From: Alphaproteobacteria bacterium
GTDB lineage: Bacteria; Pseudomonadota; Alphaproteobacteria; Rs-D84
DNA: 64,000 nt
Direction of reading: 5' to 3'
NCBI GenBank assembly: GCA_017630405.1
Contig: JAGBVH010000009.1
Coordinates: 14,149-78,148 of the forward strand
Position 1 is the stretch's first letter. The number at the start of each line of letters is the position of its first letter. The position numbers and the translations under genes are program-made. Under the pieces are notes generated by a model. It saw only the letters and a program-made list of their open reading frames with translations. It searched no databases and was not told the DNA's origin. Below, piece after piece: positions 28,325 to 39,307 of this stretch.

Positions 28325-29386
28325 TTATTCTTGTTTTAACTCTTCCCTGATTGGTGACATTTCGTGGGCGCGTGCCTCAATCAAATCACTGAAATTCGCG
28401 TCCGCTAAATCGGCCGTAAATTTAATCGAGTTCGCAAAGGCCAGCGCATCACTGTTACCATGGGTTTTAACAGAAAATCCACGCAGTCCCAAGAAAGTCG
28501 CGCCCGCATATGAACGCGGATCAATTTTATGCTTAAGACGCTTGAAAACGTGGACCAAGAAAAACGCGCCAATCATCGCGAATACGGATTTCTTGAAGTT
28601 TTCAACAATTACGCGCTTAATCAATTTTGCCGTACCTTCGACAGTCTTTAACACGATGTTGCCCGTAAAGCCGTCAGTCACAACAACCTGAACATTACCG
28701 GCACTGATATCGTTCGCTTCGACAAAGCCCAGATATTCGTATGGCAATTCGTCTTTGTGCGCGGTTAAAACCTTGTTCAAATGCTGCAGAGTTTCGTTAC
28801 CCTTGGTTTCTTCGGAACCAATGTTTAACACACCCAATTTAGGCTTGGCCATATGACCAATTACTTCGGCATAAACACTGCCCAGTACGGTAAAATCAAA
28901 CAAGACCGTTTCATCACACTGAACATTTGCACCTAAATCCAAAACGACCACACGACTGTCACCGCCGCCCGATGGCAACATTGTTGTAATCGCAGGACGC
29001 GCGATGCCGTCCAATGTCTTTAATGCCAATTTTGACAGCGACATAAATACGCCCGTATTACCGGCACTGATAACCGCGGCCGATTTACCTTCGCGGACAT
29101 CCTTAATCGCCATATACATGGATGTATCCTGTGCGTGGCGCAGAACCTCCATAACTTTGTCGGTGCCCTTGATTACATTTGGTGCGTGAATGATTTCGCA
29201 ATTACGCGCAACACGTGGATATTTTTCCAACATTTTGCGCAGACGCTTTTCATCACCAAAAACACGAAAGAACACACCACTTTCGCCGTTCTGATACAGG
29301 AACTGATTCATTCCGCCCAAAACGGCCTTGGGACCTTTGTCCCCACTCATGGCATCGATGGATATAACTTTTTTTGTATCTGACAT
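28325..29386 (-). CDS. plsX: Phosphate acyltransferase PlsX
   Basis: IDAMSGD, SAGNTG, LDLGAN, LNIGSEETKG, VTDGFTGN, KTHG. Confidence 0.96.
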   Translation of the reverse strand: MSDTKKVISIDAMSGDKGPKAVLGGMNQFLYQNGESGVFFRVFGDEKRLRKMLEKYPRVARNCEIIHAPNVIKGTDKVMEVLRHAQDTSMYMAIKDVREGKSAAVISAGNTGVFMSLSKLALKTLDGIARPAITTMLPSGGGDSRVVVLDLGANVQCDETVLFDFTVLGSVYAEVIGHMAKPKLGVLNIGSEETKGNETLQHLNKVLTAHKDELPYEYLGFVEANDISAGNVQVVVTDGFTGNIVLKTVEGTAKLIKRVIVENFKKSVFAMIGAFFLVHVFKRLKHKIDPRSYAGATFLGLRGFSVKTHGNSDALAFANSIKFTADLADANFSDLIEARAHEMSPIREELKQE

Positions 29387-29461
29387 GGTATAATATTAAA
29401 AAAGCAGAAAAGGCACAATAGTTTGCGCCCTGCTTTCTGCCTTTATCCGATATTGGTTAGA

Positions 29462-29611
29462 TTATTTTGCACCACATGCAGGACATACATGATGTGGACG
29501 TTTCTTTTCGCCACATGTTTTGCATACACCGCATGGCATTACAGACAAACCGTCATGTGAACGACGCTGTGCAGAACGTGCTTTACTTGTTTTACTTCTT
29601 GGCGTTGCCAT
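29462..29611 (-). CDS. rpmF: 50S ribosomal protein L32 (49 aa, zinc-ribbon form; absent from the ORF track)
   Basis: Manual translation MATPRSKTSKARSAQRRSH...CKTCGEKKRPHHVCPACGAK, upstream of plsX. Confidence 0.93.
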   Translation of the reverse strand: MATPRSKTSKARSAQRRSHDGLSVMPCGVCKTCGEKKRPHHVCPACGAK

Positions 29612-29713
29612 TTTTTATCCTTTTTATTTATAACTGTCCTATTTTATTCAAATCATTACGATTTGCAAGGAAAACTTTATCATTGGGGGAATTTTATCCC
29701 CCAATAACATTTT

Positions 29714-32700
29714 TTAGATATCCAACAACTGCTGCTGACCGTTGCCTTCGCGTGCCAATTTTTCTGCCTTTTCTTCTTCTTTGGCAATTTCACGCACACG
29801 ACGGACATACGCACCAGTACCAATTGGTATCAAACGACCAACAATCAAGTTTTCGTTAATACCAACTAATTTGTCGGTTGAACCACTGATAGCCGCATCA
29901 ACCAATACTTTAGTTGTCTGTTGGAACGACGCGTTCGAGATAAATGAACGTGATGTCAAGGATGCGCGGGTCAAACCAACCAAAACCTGAGAGGCTTCGG
30001 CCACACGACCACCATCACGCGCAACACGTGCATTTTCTTCTTCGAAATCAACACGGTCAACGACCTGGCCCATCAAGAAGCCTGTGTCACCTGGATTTGT
30101 GATTTCAACACGACGTGTCATTTCACGTATCAAGATTTCAATGTGCTTGTCGTTGATTACCACGCCCTGCAGACGATAAACCTGCTGAATCTGATCAACC
30201 ATAAAGGTCGCCAAGGCCTTCTGGCCCAAGATACGCAAGATATCCTGAGGTACTGGATCACCGTCAACCAACTTTTCAGCCTTGCGCACTGTGTCGCCAC
30301 TGCGTACCAACAGGTTTGTACCCTTTGGAACAGTGTATTCAACAGGCGCTGTGCCATCTGTTGGTTCAATACGAATAATAATCTTGGACTTCGCATCTTC
30401 CAGTTCGACTGTACCGTCAACTTCCGCCAACAATGCTGGGTTGGTTGGACGACGAACTTCCAACAATTCGTTAACACGTGGCAGACCACCAGTAATGTCG
30501 CCTGTACGCTTGGTCTGGACAGGAATACGAGCCAAAATATCACCAGCAACTACTTTGTCGCCATTGGCAACATTCAATACTGAATAGATTGGCAACAGAT
30601 ATTCCGCAATCTTTTTGCCACCAACAGAAATTACATTGCCCTTGTCGTCAACCAATGTGACCGCAGGTTTCAATGCCTTTTTGGTGTTTGTTTTCCAGTT
30701 AATAACCTTGCGCGAGACGATACCTGTCATGGAATCTACTTCTTCCTGATAAGATACGTTTTCAACCAAGTCATTAAAGTTTACAATACCGTCTTTTTCA
30801 GCGATGATTGTATTTGAGTATGGATCCCATTCTGCAACCTTGGCACCCTTTTCAACCTTGTCGCCTTCGTTAACAATCAACATAGATGCGTATGGCAAGT
30901 TGCTGCTGAACAATTCTTTGCCTTCGTCATCAACAACCAGCAATTTACCATTGCGTGACAGAACAACAATACGGCCTGAACTGTTCTTAATTGTGTTAAC
31001 ACCCGACAGTTTGATTGTACCGGATACAGGAACTTCGATAAAGTGACTTTCCGCACCACCAGCAGCAACACCACCAATGTGGAAAGTACGCAATGTCAAC
31101 TGTGTACCTGGTTCACCAATCGACTGACCTGCGATAACACCAACCGCTTCGCCAACGTGTACCAACGCATTACGCGACAAGTCCATACCATAACATTTTG
31201 CACACAGACCGTCACTGCAACATGTCAGAACGCTGCGAACATCAACGCTTGGCAGACCGGATTCGTTAATTGCCTTGGATGCAGCCTTGGTAATCAATTC
31301 GCCCGCTGGAACAATAACTTCTTTGGTGATTGGATGGATAATGTCATGTGCCGCTGTGCGACCCAATACTACATCACCCAGCGCAACAGACAATGTCGAG
31401 CCCTGATATACAGGTTTCGCTGTGATGAATTCTGTTGTACCACAGTCGTGTTCTGTAATAACTGTGTTCTGGGCCAATTCAACCAAACGACGTGTCAAGT
31501 AACCAGCGTCAGCTGTCTTCAAAGCCGTGTCAGACATACCTTTACGCGCACCGTGGGTGGATGTAAAGTATTCCGCCATGGTCAAACCTTCTTTAAAGTT
31601 CGATACAATTGGAACTTCAATAATAGAACCGTCTGGTTTCGCCATCATACCACGCATACCAGCCAACTGCTGAATCTGACGCTTGGAACCACGAGCACCT
31701 GACAACGCCATCATATAAACTGAATTCCAGTTGTCGCCTGTGGATTTACCCAATGCAGCATATGCCATATCACCCAGTTTGTCGGTTGTTTTCTGCCACA
31801 TATCGACCAGTTTGTTATAACGTTCGCCGCCAGACAGCAAACCGTTCTGATACTGTTCTTCGATTTCCTGTGCAGCCGCTTCGGATTCTGCGATAATAGC
31901 TTTCTTTTCTTCTGGAATAACGATGTCGTCATAACCAATGGAAATACCACTGCGTGCCGCCTGTTCGAAACCTGTGTCCTTCAAAGCGTCAGCCAACAGA
32001 ATCATCGCTTTGTCACCGCAACGTTCGTATGTTGTAGCCAACAATGCCTTGATTTCTTTCACTGGCATTACTTTGTTAACCAAGTCGAAGTCCATTTTGT
32101 CAGACTTTGGCAACAATTCACCCAAAATCATACGACCCGCTGTTGTCTGGTATGTTTTACCATTGATACGGGCAACAATTGGTGTGTGCAGTGTGATTGT
32201 CTTGTTTTCCAAGGCCAATTTAACTTCGTCCATGTTCGCAAAACGTGGTGATTTTTCATCGTGTTCACCGTTAATCAACGAAATGTAGTAAACACCCAAT
32301 ACCATGTCTTGGGATGGAACAATCATTGGCGCACCGTTCGCAGGTGACAATACGTTGTTCGATGACAACATCAATGTGCGCGCTTCCAATTGTGCTTCCA
32401 ACGAGATTGGAACGTGAACGGACATCTGGTCACCGTCAAAGTCAGCGTTGAATCCAGCGCATACCAATGGGTGCAGACGGATTGCCTTGCCTTCAATCAG
32501 AACTGGTTCAAATGCCAGCAATGACAGACGGTGCAAAGTTGGCGCACGGTTCAACAATACTGGATGTTCGTGGATAACCTTTTCCAAAATTTCCCATACA
32601 ACATCTTCGCCGTTTTCAACCATCTTGCGGGCTGTTTTAATTGTGTTTGCATAATCGCCAGCCATCAAACGCGCAAATACAAATGGTTTGAACAATTCCA

Positions 32701-33823
32701 ATGCCATTGTCTTGGGCAGACCAACCTGATGCAATTTCAATGTTGGACCAGATACAATAACCGAACGACCGGAATAGTCTACACGTTTACCCAACATGTT
32801 CATACGGAAACGACCAGACTTACCGCGCAAAGAGTCAGACAATGACTTTAATGGACGACGGTTCTGGGATACCATTGGACGCGCCTTGTGGCCGTTATCG
32901 AACAATGAATCAACCGCTTCCTGCAGCATGCGCTTTTCATTGCGAACGATGATTTCTGGGGCGTGCATTTCCATAAAGCGTTTCAAACGGTTATTACGGA
33001 TGATAACACGACGATACAAATCGTTCAGGTCAGATGCCGCAACATGGCCCGCATCCAATGTGACCAATGGACGCATATCTGGTGGAATTACTGGGATAAT
33101 GTCAGGCATCATCCAGGCAGGTTCTGTTTTGGAATCCAAGAACGCTTCAACCAATTTCAACTGTTTAATCAGGGCTTTGCGTTTTGCTTCGGATTTTGTT
33201 TCGCTTAATTCTGCGCGCAAACGTGTGCGTTCATCGCCCATATCCAGATTTGCGATGATGGAACGTACACCTTCGGCACCAATGCCAACATGGAACGCAT
33301 CCGCACCAAATTCTTCAACTGCGGCCTGATATTCATCTTCGCTGATGACATCGTATTGTTTCAAGTTGGTCAAACCTGGTTCAATAACAATGTATGCATC
33401 GTATGAGATAACCTGTTCCAATTTCTTTTGTGGCAAATTGTTCAACAGAGTTGCAATTTTACCTTCGCGCAGGAACCATGTGTGCGCAACAGGCATTGCC
33501 AATTTAATGTGTCCCATGCGTTCGCGACGAACAGAAGAAGAGCCAACTTCGACCCCACAACGTTCACAAACAACGCCACGGAACTTGATTCTTTTATATT
33601 TACCACAGGCACATTCGTAATCCTTGACAGGTCCGAAAATCTGCTGGCAGAACAAACCCTCTGCTTCTGGTTTCATCGAGTGATAGTTAATTGTTTCTGG
33701 TTTTTTAACTTCACCATGTGACCAGGACAAGATTTCTTCTGGGGATGCAATTGTAATGCGCAAGGCATCAAACTGTTCCTTGGTTTCAATTTGTCCAAAT
33801 ATCTTTTGCAACATATTGCTCAT
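29714..33823 (-). CDS. rpoC: RNA polymerase beta' subunit
   Basis: NADFDGDQM, zinc finger, TQLTLRTFH. Confidence 0.99.
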   Translation of the reverse strand: MSNMLQKIFGQIETKEQFDALRITIASPEEILSWSHGEVKKPETINYHSMKPEAEGLFCQQIFGPVKDYECACGKYKRIKFRGVVCERCGVEVGSSSVRRERMGHIKLAMPVAHTWFLREGKIATLLNNLPQKKLEQVISYDAYIVIEPGLTNLKQYDVISEDEYQAAVEEFGADAFHVGIGAEGVRSIIANLDMGDERTRLRAELSETKSEAKRKALIKQLKLVEAFLDSKTEPAWMMPDIIPVIPPDMRPLVTLDAGHVAASDLNDLYRRVIIRNNRLKRFMEMHAPEIIVRNEKRMLQEAVDSLFDNGHKARPMVSQNRRPLKSLSDSLRGKSGRFRMNMLGKRVDYSGRSVIVSGPTLKLHQVGLPKTMALELFKPFVFARLMAGDYANTIKTARKMVENGEDVVWEILEKVIHEHPVLLNRAPTLHRLSLLAFEPVLIEGKAIRLHPLVCAGFNADFDGDQMSVHVPISLEAQLEARTLMLSSNNVLSPANGAPMIVPSQDMVLGVYYISLINGEHDEKSPRFANMDEVKLALENKTITLHTPIVARINGKTYQTTAGRMILGELLPKSDKMDFDLVNKVMPVKEIKALLATTYERCGDKAMILLADALKDTGFEQAARSGISIGYDDIVIPEEKKAIIAESEAAAQEIEEQYQNGLLSGGERYNKLVDMWQKTTDKLGDMAYAALGKSTGDNWNSVYMMALSGARGSKRQIQQLAGMRGMMAKPDGSIIEVPIVSNFKEGLTMAEYFTSTHGARKGMSDTALKTADAGYLTRRLVELAQNTVITEHDCGTTEFITAKPVYQGSTLSVALGDVVLGRTAAHDIIHPITKEVIVPAGELITKAASKAINESGLPSVDVRSVLTCCSDGLCAKCYGMDLSRNALVHVGEAVGVIAGQSIGEPGTQLTLRTFHIGGVAAGGAESHFIEVPVSGTIKLSGVNTIKNSSGRIVVLSRNGKLLVVDDEGKELFSSNLPYASMLIVNEGDKVEKGAKVAEWDPYSNTIIAEKDGIVNFNDLVENVSYQEEVDSMTGIVSRKVINWKTNTKKALKPAVTLVDDKGNVISVGGKKIAEYLLPIYSVLNVANGDKVVAGDILARIPVQTKRTGDITGGLPRVNELLEVRRPTNPALLAEVDGTVELEDAKSKIIIRIEPTDGTAPVEYTVPKGTNLLVRSGDTVRKAEKLVDGDPVPQDILRILGQKALATFMVDQIQQVYRLQGVVINDKHIEILIREMTRRVEITNPGDTGFLMGQVVDRVDFEEENARVARDGGRVAEASQVLVGLTRASLTSRSFISNASFQQTTKVLVDAAISGSTDKLVGINENLIVGRLIPIGTGAYVRRVREIAKEEEKAEKLAREGNGQQQLLDI

Positions 33824-33912
33824 TATATTTCGCTCCTTATAAGATAGTTTTTAGTTGTTAGTGTGGCTAGTGGTTAGGGTGTGGGGTGTGTGCCCCACAC
33901 CAATGCTAACAA

Positions 33913-36900
33913 CTAATCTACTTTCTTGGGTGTCATTGCCAGACCCAATCCACGCAATTCGCGTACGAATACGTTGAATGCTTCTGGTGTGCCAGTTTGG
34001 ATATCGTCACTGCCCGAAATGATGGATTCATACATCTTGTTTCGGCCCGCGATATCGTCAGACTTGACAGTTAACATTTCACGCAGCAAGTGTGCGGCAC
34101 CGTGTGCTTCCAGCGCCCATACTTCCATTTCACCCAGACGCTGACCACCCATGTGGGCCTTACCAGACAATGGCTGTTGAGTGACCAGAGAATAACTGCC
34201 GGTGGAACGTGCGTGAATCTTGTCATCAACAAAGTGATGCAGTTTCATCATGTACATAACACCAACTGTTACAGGACGAGCAAACTTTTCGCCGGTCATA
34301 CCGTCGTATAAGTCGAACTGACCTGTTTCTGGCAATTTAGCCAATTTCAACATGCTGCGAATGTCTTCTGGGGTCGCACCGTCAAATGTTGGTGTTGCCA
34401 TTGGAACACCGTCACGCAACAAGGCGGCTTCGGCACGAATATCTGTATCTGTCATTTTATCCAGCTTTTCAGATGTTTCTTTGCCATAGATTTTGCCCAT
34501 TACATTACGCAAATCGTCTGTGACTGCACGTTTTGCTTTGACCTCGTCCAGAACCGCACCAATCTGGGCACCCAATGTGCGGGCAGCCATACCAAGGTGA
34601 GTTTCCAAAATCTGGCCAATGTTCATACGTGAAGGCACACCCAATGGATTCAATACCAAGTCAACTGGTGTACCGTCCGCCAAGTGTGGCATATCTTCGA
34701 CAGGAACAACCTTGGATACAATACCCTTGTTTCCGTGACGACCCGCCATTTTATCACCCGGCTGCAATTTCATTTTGTGTGCGATGTATACTTTTACTTC
34801 TTTCAATACACCAGCATTCAAAGAATTGCTTTCTGTTGCTTTGGCAATTTCCGCATCCGCTTTTTCATTCAGTGCCTTTAATTTGATTGTATGCTGTTCA
34901 CGCAATTCATCAATCTTGGCCTGTGCTTCTTTGTTCGCAACGACCAATTTCTTGACATCTGATGGACGGATACCTTCGAATACTTCGCCAGTCAATTTTT
35001 TACCAACAAATGGTTTCAAACTGCCTGTGCCCGCTTCGATAACCATATTTTCTGCGATCTGGAAAATCTGATCAGCAAAGCCTTTTTCGATAATAGCGAT
35101 TTCTTCTTCGCGGTCTTTGTTAATCTTTTCAATCTTTTCCAATTCAATCATCTGGGTACGTTCGTCTTTTTTAACACCATGACGTGTCAAGACATTAACA
35201 CCGATAACTGTACCTTCTTCGTTTGGTCCAACGCGCAAGGATGTATCCTTAACATTCAATGCCTTTTCACCAAAGATGTTACGCAACAGTGCTTCTTCTG
35301 GGGTCAACAATGTTTCTGATTTTGGAGAAACACGACCAACCAAGATGTCGCCCTGTTTTACGCGTGCACCAACATAGATGATACCGGATTCGTCCAGATT
35401 CTTTAAGGCTTCTTCGCTGACGTTTGGAATATCACGTGTCAAAGATTCTGGGCCCAACTGGGTGTCGCGCACCTTGAATTCTTTTTCAACGATTTTCACA
35501 GATGTGAATACGTCATCGCGTGAAATGCGTTCGGAAATAACGATAGAGTCTTCGTAGTTATATCCGCGCCATGGCATAAAGGCAACCAATACGTTGCGGC
35601 CCAATGCCAATTCGCCATAGTTCATCGAAGAACCGTCAGCAATAATGTCGCCCGCAGAAATGCGATCGCCAACCTTGACCAATGGTTTCTGGTGAATCAA
35701 TGTTTCACTGTTAGAACGTTCAAATTTTTCCAAGTTATAAATATCTACACCCGTCACAACGTTGCGGCTGTTCATACATTTAACCACGATACGATTTGCG
35801 TCCACAGATTCTACGATACCACTGTGTTTAGCAACCTTACCTGTGCGGGAATCACGCGCAACTTCGCGTTCGATACCTGTACCGACCAATGGTGCCTGAA
35901 CGCGCAGCAAAGGAACACCCTGACGCTGCATGTTCGAACCCATCAACGCACGGTTCGCGTCGTCGTTTTCAACGAATGGAATCAAACCAGTTGCAATAGA
36001 TACTACCTGACGTGGTTCTACGTCGATTAAGTCAACTTCGTCCTTGGATACCATAGTAAATTCACCGTCAACACGGGCTGTGACCATTTCTTCGGCCAAC
36101 TGACCATCTTTTGTTGTTGGTGTGTTACCCTGGGCAATTTTGTGACCCAATTCTTCGTCAGCAGTCAGATATACCATCTTGTCTGTGATGCGGCTGTTTT
36201 CTACTACATAGTATGGTGTTTCGATAAAGCCATATGGATTTACGCGTGCGTATGTTGACAAGTGGTTAATCAAACCAATGTTCGCACCTTCTGGGGTGTG
36301 AATTGGACACAGACGACCATAGTGTGTTGGGTGAACGTCACGAACATCGATACCAGCACGTTCGCGGTTCAAACCACCAGGACCCAAAGCAGAAATCAAA
36401 CGTTTGTGTTCCAATTCCGCCAATGGGTTATATGCGTCCATAAACTGTGACAACTGAGATGTGCCCAAGAATTCAGATACCAATGACATCAATGGTTTTA
36501 CATTGATAACATCCTGAGGCTGCATATTCGCAATGTTTGGGGATGACAGGCTTTCGCGTACCAAACGTTCGATACGAACCATACCAGTACGGAAGTTCTG
36601 TTCCAACAATTCGCCAACTGTACGAACACGACGATTAGACAAGTTGTCGATATCATCAACTGTATCTTTGCGGTCGATGATGTTTGTTAATGTTTTCAAT
36701 ACCGCCAAGAAGTCGGCCTTGGTCAACAAGCGTTCATCTTCTGGTTTTTTGCCAGAATCAATCTTTAAGCGTTTGTTCATCTTGAAACGACCAACAGCAG
36801 ACAAATCATAGTATGCAGGTTCAAAACCCTGACGCATAAACAGGTTGATTGCCGCTTCCAGTGTTGGACGTTCGCCTGGGCGGATAATGTTATAGATTTC

Positions 36901-38049
36901 AATCAATGCTTCTTCGCGATTTGTGGTCTTGTCAGCCATCAAAGTATTGCGCATATGTGCAGAGATTGTGTTGTTGTCGATGGAAATCAGGCTGATTTCT
37001 TTGACATTCATTTTATCCAAATCGTTCAAAACTTCTTCGGTAATTTCTGTACCCGCTGGGAATACAACTTCTTCGCCAGACATAACTGGGTCAAACAGAT
37101 ATTCGCCGACCAAAGATTCTGGCAACATACCAAACTTTTTGGATGCGTCCATCATCTTTTTCAAACGTTTTGCGTTCAAACGGTCACCCTTGGATGCCAG
37201 TTCTTTTTTGTCTTTTGGATTGAACAAATCATAATTCAAACGATATTTATCCAAGCCTTCGAAACTGGCTGTTTCGCCAACCCAGAATTTACCATCAAAG
37301 GCAACAGGGATGCGTTTGTAGAATGCGGACAGAATTTCTGTATCAGACATACCACGAATAGATGGTTTGCGTGGTTCAGCCAACCATTTCTTTTCGTCTT
37401 CGGCCGCTGGCAAGCAACGCAACAGAACTGTTGCAGGAATCTTGCGGCGACGATCGATACGAACATAAATTACGCCCTTGGATTCTTCAAAGTCAATCCA
37501 TGAACCATGTTCTGGGATAATACGCGCAGTGTATGTGATTGGGTTTCCAGCAACCTTTGCTTCTTTTGTTGTCGCAAACACAACACCCTGGGCACGATGC
37601 ATTTGTGAAACAATTACGCGTTCCACACCTGATGCGATAAAGCTGCCGCGTTCAGTCATTAACGGCACTTCGCCCATAAATATTTCTTGTTCCTTGATAT
37701 CGCGCAAAGTCTTTTTGCCATCTTCGGCGATGTCCCATAAAATCAATCTCAGCTTCAATTTCAACTTGCTGGAGTATGTCATGTTACGCAACATGCATTC
37801 TTTTACATTGTATACAGGTTTGTCCAATGTATATTCCACAAATTCCAAGTCGGCAATGCCGGCATAATCTTTGATTGGGAACATAGAAGAGAATACATTT
37901 TGCAACCCCTTGTTTTTGCGATTTTGGGGTTCAACATCTGCCTGCAAGAAATCCTTGTAGGAATCATATTGTATTTCAACTAAATCAGGAAGCGGAGTTT
38001 GCAAAAAACTTTTACCAAAAGATTTTCTAAGTTTCTGGATAACTGCCAT
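33913..38049 (-). CDS. rpoB: RNA polymerase beta subunit
   Basis: GDKMAGRHGNKG, RALMGSNMQRQ, GGQRLGEME. Confidence 0.99.
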   Translation of the reverse strand: MAVIQKLRKSFGKSFLQTPLPDLVEIQYDSYKDFLQADVEPQNRKNKGLQNVFSSMFPIKDYAGIADLEFVEYTLDKPVYNVKECMLRNMTYSSKLKLKLRLILWDIAEDGKKTLRDIKEQEIFMGEVPLMTERGSFIASGVERVIVSQMHRAQGVVFATTKEAKVAGNPITYTARIIPEHGSWIDFEESKGVIYVRIDRRRKIPATVLLRCLPAAEDEKKWLAEPRKPSIRGMSDTEILSAFYKRIPVAFDGKFWVGETASFEGLDKYRLNYDLFNPKDKKELASKGDRLNAKRLKKMMDASKKFGMLPESLVGEYLFDPVMSGEEVVFPAGTEITEEVLNDLDKMNVKEISLISIDNNTISAHMRNTLMADKTTNREEALIEIYNIIRPGERPTLEAAINLFMRQGFEPAYYDLSAVGRFKMNKRLKIDSGKKPEDERLLTKADFLAVLKTLTNIIDRKDTVDDIDNLSNRRVRTVGELLEQNFRTGMVRIERLVRESLSSPNIANMQPQDVINVKPLMSLVSEFLGTSQLSQFMDAYNPLAELEHKRLISALGPGGLNRERAGIDVRDVHPTHYGRLCPIHTPEGANIGLINHLSTYARVNPYGFIETPYYVVENSRITDKMVYLTADEELGHKIAQGNTPTTKDGQLAEEMVTARVDGEFTMVSKDEVDLIDVEPRQVVSIATGLIPFVENDDANRALMGSNMQRQGVPLLRVQAPLVGTGIEREVARDSRTGKVAKHSGIVESVDANRIVVKCMNSRNVVTGVDIYNLEKFERSNSETLIHQKPLVKVGDRISAGDIIADGSSMNYGELALGRNVLVAFMPWRGYNYEDSIVISERISRDDVFTSVKIVEKEFKVRDTQLGPESLTRDIPNVSEEALKNLDESGIIYVGARVKQGDILVGRVSPKSETLLTPEEALLRNIFGEKALNVKDTSLRVGPNEEGTVIGVNVLTRHGVKKDERTQMIELEKIEKINKDREEEIAIIEKGFADQIFQIAENMVIEAGTGSLKPFVGKKLTGEVFEGIRPSDVKKLVVANKEAQAKIDELREQHTIKLKALNEKADAEIAKATESNSLNAGVLKEVKVYIAHKMKLQPGDKMAGRHGNKGIVSKVVPVEDMPHLADGTPVDLVLNPLGVPSRMNIGQILETHLGMAARTLGAQIGAVLDEVKAKRAVTDDLRNVMGKIYGKETSEKLDKMTDTDIRAEAALLRDGVPMATPTFDGATPEDIRSMLKLAKLPETGQFDLYDGMTGEKFARPVTVGVMYMMKLHHFVDDKIHARSTGSYSLVTQQPLSGKAHMGGQRLGEMEVWALEAHGAAHLLREMLTVKSDDIAGRNKMYESIISGSDDIQTGTPEAFNVFVRELRGLGLAMTPKKVD

Positions 38050-38137
38050 CGGTTTTAATCCTTTTTTTTGTGCGTTTTGCAAACGAAACGATATTGTAAT
38101 ACCGTCTTTATTTTTCTTATGTCTTTTTACGCCTTTG

Positions 38138-38168
38138 TGCCCGCATGGGATTTTCTTCCCACGCGGGC
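38138..38168 (-). terminator. rplL-rpoB intergenic hairpin (attenuator-like)
   Basis: GCCCGCaTGGGA...TCCCAcGCGGGC. Confidence 0.5.
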
Positions 38169-38229
38169 GGCGTTTCGGCCATAATTTCTATGACCTTATT
38201 TTTTAGAACCAATCGGTTCCACGATTGAA

Positions 38230-38595
38230 TTACTTCAATTCAACCTTGGCACCAGCTGCTTCCAATGTTGCCTTCAGCTTTTCAGCTTCGTCTTTTGCAA
38301 CACCTTCTTTGACAGCCTTAGGTGCGGATTCAACCAAAGCTTTCGCTTCGCCCAAACCCAAACCTGTGATGTCTTTTACAGCTTTGATAACAGCCAATTT
38401 GCCTGCGCCTGCATCTACTAAGACAACATCAAAGTCTGTCTTTTCTTCTGCAGCAGCAGCGGCTGGGCCAGCAGCAACAGCAACAGCTGCAGCAGCGCTA
38501 ACGCCCCATGTTTCTTCCAATGCTTTGGACAGTTCAACTGCTTCCAAAACAGTCAATTTTGACAATTCTTCAACTAATTTCTGAATGTCTGCCAT
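38230..38595 (-). CDS. rplL: 50S ribosomal protein L7/L12
   Basis: [20 protein letters not shown]. Confidence 0.98.
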   Translation of the reverse strand: MADIQKLVEELSKLTVLEAVELSKALEETWGVSAAAAVAVAAGPAAAAAEEKTDFDVVLVDAGAGKLAVIKAVKDITGLGLGEAKALVESAPKAVKEGVAKDEAEKLKATLEAAGAKVELK

Positions 38596-38643
38596 TTTAG
38601 TACTCCTATTGGGTAGGTCAGAATAGGCTTTCTATTCTGATGT

Positions 38644-39123
38644 TTATTGTTCTTTTTTTCCATACTCTGCTGAAACACGTGCAAGGCGTGAACCTGGTTC
38701 GACCAAGATACGCGCGATTGTACCACGAATTTCCAACAGGGAAGGAAGCTTGGATAATTGCATAACGCCGTCCGCATTCAGAACGTCTGCATCCATTTTA
38801 CCACCAACGATTGTCAAATTTGGGTGTTCTTCCGCAAATTTTGCCAATACTTTGGTAACCGCCAAACCGTCAGTTGCAACAGCAACAGCAGTTGGACGCT
38901 TTAACATATCAGATACAGGTTCGAATTCGGTGTCTTTCAACGCCAATTTCATCAAACGGTTTTTGACAACTTTGAAAACGGAAACCAATGGGCGTAATTC
39001 ATTACGCAGGCCTTCGAATTCTTTTACAGTCAAACCATGGTTTTCAATAACGAAAACACCGTTTGCTTCTTTCAGGGACGACTGCAACGCTGAAATCAAA
39101 TCTGATTTTTCTTCGCGTCTCAT
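38644..39123 (-). CDS. rplJ: 50S ribosomal protein L10
   Basis: GLTV, VVKNRL, LSKLPS; operon position. Confidence 0.96.
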   Translation of the reverse strand: MRREEKSDLISALQSSLKEANGVFVIENHGLTVKEFEGLRNELRPLVSVFKVVKNRLMKLALKDTEFEPVSDMLKRPTAVAVATDGLAVTKVLAKFAEEHPNLTIVGGKMDADVLNADGVMQLSKLPSLLEIRGTIARILVEPGSRLARVSAEYGKKEQ

Positions 39124-39149
39124 CTATTTTTCCTTCAAGCTTCTGTTTT

Positions 39150-39265
39150 GTTAACTTTCCATCCAAGGTTACCCTTGGGTGGGGCTTCGTTCCTGCCCCA
39201 AAGAATTTTTTCTTTGTCTATGATGGGAATTAAGCAACCTATGTCACACCATCAGTCTTGGACAG
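39150..39265 (-). promoter_or_regulatory. L10 leader (autoregulatory RNA)
   Basis: Minus strand CTGTCCAAGACTGATGG...CTTAAT.CCCATCATAGAC between rplA and rplJ. Confidence 0.7.
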
Positions 39266-39307
39266 AAATCTGTTTTGCGACCAGATTAAAAATCCGGTCG
39301 CAGTCAA

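Noticed and set aside
29714-29745. RpoC tail QQQLLDI as a beta-clamp-binding motif
   Set aside because: Poor match to QL(S/D)LF and no supporting evidence
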